Below are positions 8,843 to 17,804 of a DNA stretch of 64,000 nt, in pieces. A program made the position numbers and the translations under genes. The DNA is taken from the NCBI GenBank assembly GCA_963667725.2, contig CAXXHO010000003.1:1760001-1824000 (forward strand). Direction: 5' to 3'. The notes under the pieces are model-generated. The model had not been told where the DNA came from and did no database searches. It saw nothing but the letters and a program-made list of their open reading frames with translations. The DNA comes from Treponemataceae bacterium. GTDB taxonomy: Bacteria; Spirochaetota; Spirochaetia; Treponematales; Rectinemataceae. Every line of letters begins with the position of its first letter. Position 1 is the first letter of the stretch.

Positions 8843-10279
8843 ATGGCAGTCAAGACAAAGGCCGAATACATCGAATCGTTGAGAAAATTGAAACCAACGG
8901 TCTATATGTTCGGCGAGAGGGTCGAGAATTTTGTGGACAATCCCAGAATCAGGGCGGGGATCGAGGCGACGGGGGAAACCTATGCGGTCGCCGAAAGCCC
9001 CGAACATCGCGATTCGATGATAACGAAGAGCAGCCTGATCGGGGAGGACATCAATCGCTTCACTCTGCCTCCCGGATCGCGGGAAGACTTGGTGGCGAGA
9101 GTGAAAAACAACAGGATGCTCGGCGGCAGGGTCGGGACTTGCTTCCAGCGCTGCACTGGCCTGGACTGCATCAGCGCCCTTTCCATCGTCACCTACAACA
9201 TCGACCAAAAGTATAAAACTCAGTATAACGCCAGGTTTCTGGAATTCCTGAAATATGTCCAGAAAAACGATCTAACCTGCAACGCCGGCGTGACAGACGT
9301 CAAGGGCGATCGTTCGCTGGGGCCCTTCGAGCAGGCGGATAAGGACCAGTATTTGCGCGTGGTCGAAGAAAAGGAGGACGGCATCGTCGTGCGCGGAGCC
9401 AAGGCGCATCAGACCGGCTCCCTCTCTTCGCATGAGATCATCGTGCTGCCGACGCGCGCGATGAAAAAAGAAGACAAGGACTACGCCATCGCTTTCGCGC
9501 TTCCCGTGGATACGCCCGGAATCATCCACGTCGTCGGAAGGTCCACGCTGGACATGCGCGAGCTTCAGGGCTGCGATCGAGGGAATATAAAATACTCCAA
9601 ATATTGCCCCACGGTGATTTTCAACGATGTGTTCGTCCCCTGGAGCCGGGTGTTCATGTACGGCGAGACGGAATTCGCCGGAGAGCTGGTGATGCGCTTC
9701 TCCTCATTCCACAGGCAGAGCCATGGCGGCTGCAAGGCGGGGAAGATCGACTGCATGATCGGCGCCGCCATGAACATGATGGAATACAACGGCACGCAGA
9801 AAGTGAGTCACCTCCGCGAGAAAATCATCGACATGATCCACAGGGCGGAAACCCTGTACGGGTGCAGCATCGCCGCCTCCTATGAGGGGGATCAACAAGC
9901 CTCCGGCACGTATTTCATAGATCCCGTCCTCGCGAACGCCTCCAAGCTGCACGAGGGGAAGGAGATGGCCGAAGTCGGAAGGCTCCTGATCGATATAGCC
10001 GGCGGCTTCGCCTGCGACTTGCCTTCCGACAAGGACTTCGAAAATCCCGAGATCGGCCCACTGCTGAAGAAGTATATGAAGGGCTCCGAGAGCGTTTCGG
10101 CCGAAGATCGCATCAAGATGCTGCGATTGGTCGAAAAGTTGACTCAGGAGAGCGCCGACACCGTGTCGGATATACATGGCGGAGGTTCGCCGGAAGCGCA
10201 TAGGATAACGATAATGCGCGAGTCCGATGTGGAAGGCAAGAAAAAGCTGAGCAAAAGGCTCGCCGGGATAGAGAGCTAA
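8843..10279 (+). CDS. abfD: 4-hydroxybutyryl-CoA dehydratase-like (AbfD/HpaB family) FAD/4Fe-4S enzyme
   Basis: CFQRC and HRQSHGGCK supply the 3 Cys + His cluster ligands; TDVKGDRS, VRGAKAHQTG, HGGGSP. Confidence 0.85.
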   Translation: MAVKTKAEYIESLRKLKPTVYMFGERVENFVDNPRIRAGIEATGETYAVAESPEHRDSMITKSSLIGEDINRFTLPPGSREDLVARVKNNRMLGGRVGTCFQRCTGLDCISALSIVTYNIDQKYKTQYNARFLEFLKYVQKNDLTCNAGVTDVKGDRSLGPFEQADKDQYLRVVEEKEDGIVVRGAKAHQTGSLSSHEIIVLPTRAMKKEDKDYAIAFALPVDTPGIIHVVGRSTLDMRELQGCDRGNIKYSKYCPTVIFNDVFVPWSRVFMYGETEFAGELVMRFSSFHRQSHGGCKAGKIDCMIGAAMNMMEYNGTQKVSHLREKIIDMIHRAETLYGCSIAASYEGDQQASGTYFIDPVLANASKLHEGKEMAEVGRLLIDIAGGFACDLPSDKDFENPEIGPLLKKYMKGSESVSAEDRIKMLRLVEKLTQESADTVSDIHGGGSPEAHRITIMRESDVEGKKKLSKRLAGIES

Positions 10280-10308
10280 GTGGTTTAAAGAAACGAGGAG
10301 CTAAAGTC

Positions 10309-11490
10309 ATGAGGAATGTAGTCATCGTCAGCGCGGTGAGGACGGCGGGCGGGAGTTTTGGTGGCGCTTTCAAGAATCTCACGGCGGTGGATCTCGGGGC
10401 CGCTGTGGTCGGAGAATCGGTACGCAGGGCGGGAATAGCCCCGGAAGACGTTGGCCAGGTCATATTCGGCAATGGCTGGCAGGCGGGCGTCGGGCCGAAT
10501 CCGGCGAGGCTGTGTACGGTGAAGGGAGGGCTCCCTGTCAGCTGCCCCGCTTTTACGGTGAACCTGCGCTGTGCCTCAAGCCTGCGCGCTATCGAATTGG
10601 GTGCGCTGAGCATCGCCGCCGGCGAGGAAGATATAGTCCTGGCTGGCGGCACCGAGTCATCCACGCAGGTGCCCTTTATCATGCCCACGCTCCGGTGGGG
10701 GCAGCGCATGGGGGACGGCAAGGCCTGTGATGTGCTGCATAAGGATGGATTCATGTGCCAGCTGGCGGGGATGATGATGGGCAACACCGCCGAACTTCTC
10801 GTCGACAAGTATGGCATCTCCCGCCAGGAACAGGATCAGTTTTCCCTGGAAAGCCACCTGAAGGCGTTGAAAGCCATGGAGGGAGGCCTCTTTGACGAAG
10901 AAGTGCTGCCGATGACGATCCAGGAAAAGAAAGCCGTCAACGTGGTGAAGAGCGAAGAAATTCCCCGCGACGACATATCTCTCGAAAAGCTTGGAAAGCT
11001 GCCGCCCGTATTCCTTGAAAAGGGAACGGTGACGGCGGGGAACAGCTGCGCTCTGTGCGACGCTGCGTCGGCGGTGCTGCTGATGTCGGAAGAGAAGGCC
11101 AGGGAAAAGGGCCTCAAGCCGATGGCGGTCATACGTTCATATTCCTATGTGGCCCTCGACCCGAAATCCATGGGTTTGGGACCGGCCCTGGCCATACCGA
11201 AGGCGCTGAAGAAGGCGGGGCTCGCGTTGCGCGATATCGACTTGATCGAATTGAACGAAGCCTTTGCGGCACAGGTCATCGCCTGCGACCGGGAACTTAA
11301 GCTGGACAGGAGCAAGCTCAACGTGAACGGCGGCGCCATAGCTCTCGGGCATCCCGTGGGCGCTACCGGAGCCAAAATACTGACGACCCTTCTCTATGCT
11401 CTGAAAAACAGGGACAAGAAATTGGGCATGGTCAGCCTTTGCATAGGCGGCGGACAGGGCGTGGCCCTGATCGTCGAACGACTGAATTGA
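10309..11490 (+). CDS. Acetyl-CoA C-acetyltransferase (thiolase)
   Basis: NLRCASS catalytic Cys, NEAFAAQ, NGGAIALGHPVGATG, LCIGGGQG. Confidence 0.95.
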   Translation: MRNVVIVSAVRTAGGSFGGAFKNLTAVDLGAAVVGESVRRAGIAPEDVGQVIFGNGWQAGVGPNPARLCTVKGGLPVSCPAFTVNLRCASSLRAIELGALSIAAGEEDIVLAGGTESSTQVPFIMPTLRWGQRMGDGKACDVLHKDGFMCQLAGMMMGNTAELLVDKYGISRQEQDQFSLESHLKALKAMEGGLFDEEVLPMTIQEKKAVNVVKSEEIPRDDISLEKLGKLPPVFLEKGTVTAGNSCALCDAASAVLLMSEEKAREKGLKPMAVIRSYSYVALDPKSMGLGPALAIPKALKKAGLALRDIDLIELNEAFAAQVIACDRELKLDRSKLNVNGGAIALGHPVGATGAKILTTLLYALKNRDKKLGMVSLCIGGGQGVALIVERLN

Positions 11491-11528
11491 TATAACCGAT
11501 TAAACTGATGTGACGCGAGGAGAATACA

Positions 11529-12413
11529 ATGCGGACGATCTTTATTATCGGGGCCGGAACGATGGGACGGGGTATAGCCCAGGTCGCCGCCCAGGCGGAG
11601 AACGATGTCTATCTTTCCGATATGAGCTTGGATCTCGTAAAAAAGAATCTTGAAATTGTCAAAGCCGGCCTGGACAAGCAAATTGAAAAAGGAAAGATGA
11701 CCAAGGACGAAGCCGAAGGCATCATGGGGCGGATCCATATGGTCGAAAACCTGGATAAGGTCGAAAATGCCGATTTCGTCATCGAGGCCGTCCTGGAAGA
11801 TATCGCTTTAAAGCAAAACATCTTCAGGGAACTGGACGAAAAGACAAAGCCGGAAGCCATCCTGGCCACGAACACGACCTCCTGTTCCATCACGCAGATC
11901 GCCTCGGCGACAAAAGCCCCCGAGCGGGTCGTCGGGATGCATTTTTTCAACCCGCCGGCGATCATGAAACTCGTCGAAATCATGCCGGGCCTGCTCACTT
12001 CGAAAAGCGCTTTGGAGCGGACGAAAGAACTCGCGCTGAGCCTGGGCAAAGATCCCGTAGTCACCAAGACCGAGGGACCGGCGGGCGTCACGAGCCGGAT
12101 ATTGTCAGGCATGCTCAATGAGGCGGTGTGGGTGTTGCAGGAAGGCATCGCTTCCGTCGATGAGATCGACAAGGCGATGGTCCTGGGCTGCAACCACAAA
12201 ATTGGGCCGTTCGCCCTGATCGATCTCATCGGCGTGGATATTCATCTCGCGAAGACGCAGATGCTTTACAAGAAAACCGGCGACGCGCGGTACAGGCCCT
12301 GCTATCTTCTGGAACAGATGGTGACTGCCGGCCTCCTCGGGAAGAAGACCGGGGTGGGATTTTACGACTATTCCACGGATCCGGTTGAGCCGTCGGCGTT
12401 TTTTAAACGATGA
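11529..12413 (+). CDS. 3-hydroxyacyl-CoA (3-hydroxybutyryl-CoA) dehydrogenase
   Basis: GAGTMGRGIA, IEAVLE, ATNTTS, GMHFFNP, LGKKTGVGFYDY. Confidence 0.95.
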   Translation: MRTIFIIGAGTMGRGIAQVAAQAENDVYLSDMSLDLVKKNLEIVKAGLDKQIEKGKMTKDEAEGIMGRIHMVENLDKVENADFVIEAVLEDIALKQNIFRELDEKTKPEAILATNTTSCSITQIASATKAPERVVGMHFFNPPAIMKLVEIMPGLLTSKSALERTKELALSLGKDPVVTKTEGPAGVTSRILSGMLNEAVWVLQEGIASVDEIDKAMVLGCNHKIGPFALIDLIGVDIHLAKTQMLYKKTGDARYRPCYLLEQMVTAGLLGKKTGVGFYDYSTDPVEPSAFFKR

Positions 12414-12446
12414 GCAAAAAATCCGCTATGAAGGCAGGCTGTAGAC

Positions 12447-13223
12447 ATGGATAACTATTTTTCCTATGAAAAAGCGGAGGGCGTCGGCCGTTTGATCATC
12501 GACAATCCGCCGATGAATGCCCTATGCGACGACATGGTGGAGGAACTGGATAAGATTCTCGCGACCCTTGAGCGTGATGGCGAACTGAAGGCGCTCGTCA
12601 TCACTGGCGCCGGCGGGAAAGCCTTTATGGCTGGCGCCGATATACGCGAGTTGGGCGAAAGGGATTTTATCCAGGGCCGCGCGCAGACCCAACGACGCCA
12701 GGCGGTCTACAACCGGATCGCCGATTTCCGCGCGCCCACGATAGCGGCGGTAAATGGCTATGCCCTGGGCGCGGGGCTGGAACTCGCCCTGTCTTGCAGC
12801 ATCCGGGTCGCCTCTGAAAACGCCAAGTTCGGCGCCCCGGAAATCAATCTGGGGATAATTCCCGGCGATGGGGCGACGCAGCGTCTTCCCAGGATCATCG
12901 GATTGGGAAGAGCCATGCACATGATTCTTACGTCGGAGATGATAACGGCCGATGAAGCCCTGCAGTATGGCCTCGTCACGAAGCTCTTCCCTCTGGATGA
13001 GTTCGCGGAAGGTGTAAACGCGATGGCGCGGAAGCTCGCGAAAAAGGCTCCATTGGCGTTGATGTATGCCAAGGAAGCCGTAAATAGATCCTTCGATGCC
13101 GCCCTGTCGGTCGGCTTGACCATGGAATCTTATCTGCACGCGTTGGCCTGCGCGAGCGAGGACAAGGAAGAAGGCGTAAAGGCCTTTCTCGAAAAGCGGG
13201 AACCCGCGTTCAAGGGAAAGTGA
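12447..13223 (+). CDS. Enoyl-CoA hydratase (crotonase)
   Basis: AFMAGADI, VNGYALGAGLELA, PEINLGIIPG, EGVKAFLEKR. Confidence 0.93.
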   Translation: MDNYFSYEKAEGVGRLIIDNPPMNALCDDMVEELDKILATLERDGELKALVITGAGGKAFMAGADIRELGERDFIQGRAQTQRRQAVYNRIADFRAPTIAAVNGYALGAGLELALSCSIRVASENAKFGAPEINLGIIPGDGATQRLPRIIGLGRAMHMILTSEMITADEALQYGLVTKLFPLDEFAEGVNAMARKLAKKAPLALMYAKEAVNRSFDAALSVGLTMESYLHALACASEDKEEGVKAFLEKREPAFKGK

Positions 13224-13254
13224 ATCCCGCGGTGGCGACAGAAATGGAGGGATC

Positions 13255-14547
13255 ATGTTCGAATGGAAAGGTGAGACCCAGGCTGAGCTACCCAGGATTT
13301 GCGCCGTGGAGCAGCGGTTTGATACTTCCGGCATCGATGTCCGGGAAGGTATCCGCGCCGAACTGGCGAAGCCGGAGATCAAGAAGCTGCTGATTCCGGG
13401 GCTGAAGGCGGCGGTCGCCGTCGGAAGCCGCGGCATAGGCGAAATCGACATCATCGTGCGGACCATTGTCGACGAGCTCAAGAAAAGCGGTCTGACCGTT
13501 TTCATCGTCCCGTCGATGGGGAGCCATGGCGGCGCCACGGCCGAGGGGCAAATCGAATACCTGGCAGGTTATGGAATAACCGAAGAGTCGATGGGCGTTC
13601 CCATCCGATCTTCAATGGAGGTCGTCGAACTTGGGGAAGTGGAGCCGGGTGTCAATGTCTTCTTCGACAGGATCGCCTTTGAAGAAGCCGATTTGATCAT
13701 TCCCATCAATCGCGTCAAATGCCACACCGGTTTCAAGGGGCCGGTCGAGAGCGGACTCTACAAAATGCTGGTGATAGGCATGGGCAACCATATCGGCGCC
13801 TCGCGCATCCATGCCTTGGGATTCCCTCGCTTCAGGGAGCTGATTCCCAAGACCGGAGAGTTCATTCTCGGCAAGGTTCCCGCCGTCCAGTTCGGCATCG
13901 CGATTGTCGAGAATGCCCAGGATCTTCCATCCATCATTGAGGCTGTTCCCGCGAAGGAATTTAAGACGCGAGAACCGGAACTCCTGGAATTGTCGCGACT
14001 ACTGATGCCTCGATTGAATTTTTCCAACATCGACCTATTGGTCATCGGCGAATTGGGCAAGAATATCTCGGGAGCGGGGCTCGACCCCAACGTGACCGGT
14101 CGCTTTTGGATGTCTCACATGGAAGATGGCCCCCTGATCTGTAACAGGATAGTCCTGCTCGACCTGACTCCGGAATCCCACGGGAACGCCATGGGGGTGG
14201 GCATGGCGGACGCGATTAGCAGAAGATTGTTGGATAAAATCGATTTCAACGCCACTTACACGAACGCGATCACCGCGGGGAGAATCGAGAAAGCCCGCGT
14301 TCCTATGGTCATGAAGGACGACAGGGACACGATCAAGATCGCGCTCCAAGCCATCGGATTGGCTCCAGGGCAAAAGCCGCGGATTGTAATCATTAAAAAC
14401 ACGTTGGAACTGGAACAAATCCATGTTTCTGAAGGGTTGATGGAGGAGGTTAAGGTTAATCCCAACCTGGTGATATTAGGTTATCCTCGAGAAATGCAGT
14501 TTGATGAAGGTGGAAACCTGATTCTAGATTTTCAGCCATTACACTAA
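13255..14547 (+). CDS. LarA (lactate racemase) N-terminal domain-like protein (DUF2088/DUF362-like)
   Basis: AVGSRGI, PSMGSHGGATAEGQ, INRVKCHT, ESGLYKMLVIGMG, GKNISGAGLDPNVTGR. Confidence 0.75.
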   Translation: MFEWKGETQAELPRICAVEQRFDTSGIDVREGIRAELAKPEIKKLLIPGLKAAVAVGSRGIGEIDIIVRTIVDELKKSGLTVFIVPSMGSHGGATAEGQIEYLAGYGITEESMGVPIRSSMEVVELGEVEPGVNVFFDRIAFEEADLIIPINRVKCHTGFKGPVESGLYKMLVIGMGNHIGASRIHALGFPRFRELIPKTGEFILGKVPAVQFGIAIVENAQDLPSIIEAVPAKEFKTREPELLELSRLLMPRLNFSNIDLLVIGELGKNISGAGLDPNVTGRFWMSHMEDGPLICNRIVLLDLTPESHGNAMGVGMADAISRRLLDKIDFNATYTNAITAGRIEKARVPMVMKDDRDTIKIALQAIGLAPGQKPRIVIIKNTLELEQIHVSEGLMEEVKVNPNLVILGYPREMQFDEGGNLILDFQPLH

Positions 14548-14685
14548 ACCATTGTCCAATGGCGGTTAAGTATAAAGTCTTGGATTGTAAGTAGATGTCA
14601 GATTTGAGAATATCTAATATACCTCCCAACCTCATTCTGAGGCAGTTTTATCACTCATCGTCTTTCTCTTGGCTTACTGTAGTTA

Positions 14686-14714
14686 TTGAGTTTTATCCTC
14701 TTGCCATATAGTAT
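14686..14714 (+). promoter_or_regulatory. Sigma70-like promoter for dus (probably leaderless)
   Basis: TTGAGT-17-TAGTAT, 7 nt before ATG 14722; no SD. Confidence 0.55.
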
Positions 14715-14721
14715 CTTCCGA

Positions 14722-15705
14722 ATGATTCCTTTCGCCAAGAACGCACTTCTCCTCGCGCCCATGGTGGGCATCACGAACCGTGCCTTCAGGACCCTCCTGG
14801 ACGAGCTGGGCGGTCCCGATTACGCCTTCACCGAGATGGCGAGCGCCGAAGCCTTCAGCTCCCACGCGCAGTACGAAGCCGTCTATACCGACGCAAGACC
14901 TTCGCCGGGGGCGACGTCCGTGCAGTTCTACGCGCGCTCCGCGGCGGCCATGGCGGCCGCCTGCAAAGAAATCCTGTCGCGCGCGGCCCCGGAAGCGCCG
15001 GCGGGGATAGACATAAATTTCGGCTGCTCCGCGCCGCACATACGGAAATCCGGAGGCGGTTCCGCCTGGAGCTCCAACCCCGCCGGCGCCGCAGAACTGG
15101 TGGCCGCGGCGAGGTCAGCCTGGCCCGGCACGCTCTCGGCCAAAATCAGGATGGGCCCCGACGACGATTACGACAGGTTCCTCTCCTTCTGTTCGAAGAT
15201 CGCAGGGCCAGGCTTGGATTTCCTGAGCGTGCACCCCCGCACCGATGGACAGAAATTCAGGCGACAGCCGCAGCACGAAGTCACCCTCCGCCTCGCGGGC
15301 GATCTCTCCATTCCAATCGTCGCTAACGGGGATATAACCGATCTGAAAAAGGCGCTGGCCCTTCTAGGCGAAAAAAGCGCTTACGCCGTCATGATAGGCC
15401 GTGAAGCCGTGCGTCGTCCCTGGATATTCCAGAGGCTCCGAGCGGAGTTATCCGGCGCGCATGCCGGGGCCGCCATCGACCGCCTCGCCGTCGGCCTCAG
15501 GTTCCTGGAGCTCGCCGGATCGCTCATGCCCGAAGCATGGCAGCTCGAAACCTGCCGCCGCTTTTTTTCCTATTATACCGAAACGATGTCCTTTGCCCAT
15601 CATATCAAATACAAACTCATGAATTCCCCTTCGCTCGATACGATGGGTGATGTCCTTACCGAGTACTTCGAGCAGGTCCCCGAAGACAGGATTGTTTTCG
15701 GGTAA
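14722..15705 (+). CDS. dus: tRNA-dihydrouridine synthase family protein
   Basis: LAPMVGITN, TEM, IDINFGC, SAKIRMG, VHPRT, ANGDI, VMIGR. Confidence 0.9.
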   Translation: MIPFAKNALLLAPMVGITNRAFRTLLDELGGPDYAFTEMASAEAFSSHAQYEAVYTDARPSPGATSVQFYARSAAAMAAACKEILSRAAPEAPAGIDINFGCSAPHIRKSGGGSAWSSNPAGAAELVAAARSAWPGTLSAKIRMGPDDDYDRFLSFCSKIAGPGLDFLSVHPRTDGQKFRRQPQHEVTLRLAGDLSIPIVANGDITDLKKALALLGEKSAYAVMIGREAVRRPWIFQRLRAELSGAHAGAAIDRLAVGLRFLELAGSLMPEAWQLETCRRFFSYYTETMSFAHHIKYKLMNSPSLDTMGDVLTEYFEQVPEDRIVFG

Positions 15706-15842
15706 ATCCTAGGAATTTGGCGTCAAAGCATAGGCTCATGTTTTTGCCTCTTGTATTCGACATAAAAAAATATTATATACACAGTGCGTGACAACAAGAC
15801 AATTTTAGTGATTATGTAAATCTTTTTTTCTCAGGAGCATGT

Positions 15843-17753
15843 ATGACACAGACGATACCCCAGATGTTCATTGAAAAAGTGCGGAGCCAGCCGGAAGCCG
15901 TCGTCCAGCTTTCCAAGGATAGCCACGGGGTATTCCAGCCGACCACCTATTCTGGTCTGCTGGACGATGTGAATGCCTTCGCCGCCGGACTCGGAACCCT
16001 AGGCGCGGCGCGAGGCGACAGGATAGGCCTCATCGCGGACAACAGAAAAGAGTGGCTCGCCGCCGATTTGGCCATCATGGGCATCGGTGCGGCCGACGTC
16101 CCCCGCGGCTGCGACGCGACCAACCAGGAGATTTCCTACATTTTGTCCTGGAGCGAATGCGTCATCGTGATCCTGGAAAACGACAAACTCCTCCACCGAC
16201 TCTGCGGTCTCAAAGACTCCCTGCCTCTGCTCAAGACCATCATCCTTTTCGATCCAGCCGGCGAAAAACACGAATCCGAAGCCAGGGCGCTGGGCTTTGA
16301 TCTCTACACCTTCGCGCAGATCATGGACAAGGGCCTGGAGGCCGAGCGCGAACATCCCGGTTTCTATCTCGCGGAAGCGGAAAAGGGAAAGCGAAACGAC
16401 CTCGCCACCATCATCTATACTTCCGGCACCACGGGCGAGCCCAAGGGCGTCATGCTGAGCCACGGCAACTTCCTCCACCAGACCGATTACCTTCCCGGAT
16501 TCTTCGGCGTCAAGCCGGGGCACCTCTTCCTCTCCGTCCTGCCCGTCTGGCACGCCTTCGAGCGCATCGTCCAGTACGTCATTCTCGCGGGCGGCGCCAT
16601 GGTGGCCTACTCCAAGCCCATCGGGTCAGTCCTCCTCGCCGACATGCAGGCCGTCCAGCCCCACTGGTTCACGTCGGTGCCGCGCATCTGGGAATCGGTG
16701 CAGGAAGGCGTCTACAAGAACCTCAAGCAGGCGAGCCCCGCCCTGCGGAACATTTTCACCTTCTTCGTAGGCATCGGCGAAAGCTATTCCTATTTCAGGA
16801 ACCACCTTCTCAAGCTCGTTCCCGAATTCACGCCCAGATCGCGCGTCCTGGAAATCGCCTCCTCCATAATCCCCTTCATTCTCCTGGGACCCATCTGGGA
16901 GCTGGGCAACCTCATCGTTTTCAGGAAGATCAAGGCCAAACTGGGCAAGCGTTTCATAGCTGGCATATCGGGCGGCGGCGCCCTCCCCGGCTCGGTGGAC
17001 CGGTTCTTCAACGCCATCGGCGTCCTCATCCTTGAAGGTTACGGCATCACGGAGACGGCGCCCGTCATCAGCCTGAGGCTGAGAAAACATCCTGTAATCG
17101 GCACCGTAGGCCCGGCCCACAAGGGCACAGAGATCCGCATTCTCAACGAAAAGGGCGAACTCTTGGGGCCGGGCAAGAAAGGCCTCATCCAGGTGCGCGG
17201 CCCTCAAGTGATGCTGGGGTACTACAAGAAGCCCGAACTAACCGCCAAGGCCATTTCGCTCGAGGGCTGGTTCGACACGGGCGACCTCGGGATGATGACG
17301 CTCAACGGCGAACTGAGGATAACGGGAAGGGCCAAGGACACGATCGTCCTGCGCGGCGGCGAGAATATCGAACCCGTACCGATAGAGCAGAAGCTCTGCG
17401 AAAGCCCCTACATACAGCAGGCCGTCGTCCTGGGACAGGACGAACGATACATCGCGGCCCTCATTGTCCCGAAACAGGACAACATCACCTCATGGGTGGA
17501 AGAGAACAATATACCTTTCGTGGATTACGAAACCCTGCTGCAGCAGCCCGAGGTGAAGGAGCTGCTGGATTCCGAGATCTCGGATCTCATCAGCCCAAGG
17601 AACGGATTCAAGCCTTTCGAGAGGATTTTCAGGTTCGACATCCTCTCCGAACCTTTCCAGCCCGGCAAGGAACTGTCGGCCAAGCAGGAGCTGAAGAGAT
17701 TTGCCGTCAACGAGATTTACAAAAAGAAGATCAAGGCGCTCTTTTCGAAATAG
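15843..17753 (+). CDS. Long-chain fatty acid--CoA ligase (AMP-binding)
   Basis: IIYTSGTTGEPKGV, EGYGITET, WFDTGDLG, GRAKD; AGGAG RBS. Confidence 0.93.
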   Translation: MTQTIPQMFIEKVRSQPEAVVQLSKDSHGVFQPTTYSGLLDDVNAFAAGLGTLGAARGDRIGLIADNRKEWLAADLAIMGIGAADVPRGCDATNQEISYILSWSECVIVILENDKLLHRLCGLKDSLPLLKTIILFDPAGEKHESEARALGFDLYTFAQIMDKGLEAEREHPGFYLAEAEKGKRNDLATIIYTSGTTGEPKGVMLSHGNFLHQTDYLPGFFGVKPGHLFLSVLPVWHAFERIVQYVILAGGAMVAYSKPIGSVLLADMQAVQPHWFTSVPRIWESVQEGVYKNLKQASPALRNIFTFFVGIGESYSYFRNHLLKLVPEFTPRSRVLEIASSIIPFILLGPIWELGNLIVFRKIKAKLGKRFIAGISGGGALPGSVDRFFNAIGVLILEGYGITETAPVISLRLRKHPVIGTVGPAHKGTEIRILNEKGELLGPGKKGLIQVRGPQVMLGYYKKPELTAKAISLEGWFDTGDLGMMTLNGELRITGRAKDTIVLRGGENIEPVPIEQKLCESPYIQQAVVLGQDERYIAALIVPKQDNITSWVEENNIPFVDYETLLQQPEVKELLDSEISDLISPRNGFKPFERIFRFDILSEPFQPGKELSAKQELKRFAVNEIYKKKIKALFSK

Positions 17754-17770
17754 CCGCCGGAATCAGACGA

Positions 17771-17801
17771 CCCCGCAAGGCCCGGAATGGGAATTGCGGG
17801 G
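17771..17801. terminator. Hairpin between convergent genes
   Basis: CCCCGCAA...TTGCGGGG arms; no clear U-tract. Confidence 0.35.
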
Positions 17802-17804
17802 GCT

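Noticed and set aside
8843..10279. Annotation as 4-hydroxyphenylacetate 3-monooxygenase (HpaB)
   Set aside because: The Fe-S ligands of 4-hydroxybutyryl-CoA dehydratase are present, the context is anaerobic CoA metabolism, and no flavin reductase is adjacent.
6104..13223. Autotrophic dicarboxylate/4-hydroxybutyrate carbon fixation cycle
   Set aside because: No succinyl-CoA reductase, 4-hydroxybutyrate-CoA ligase or carboxylases in the window; the linked transporter and hydrolases point to catabolism.
14620..14650. Possible IS terminal inverted repeat as a mobile-element feature
   Set aside because: No partner repeat, transposase or target duplication is visible; kept only as a remark in the junction finding.
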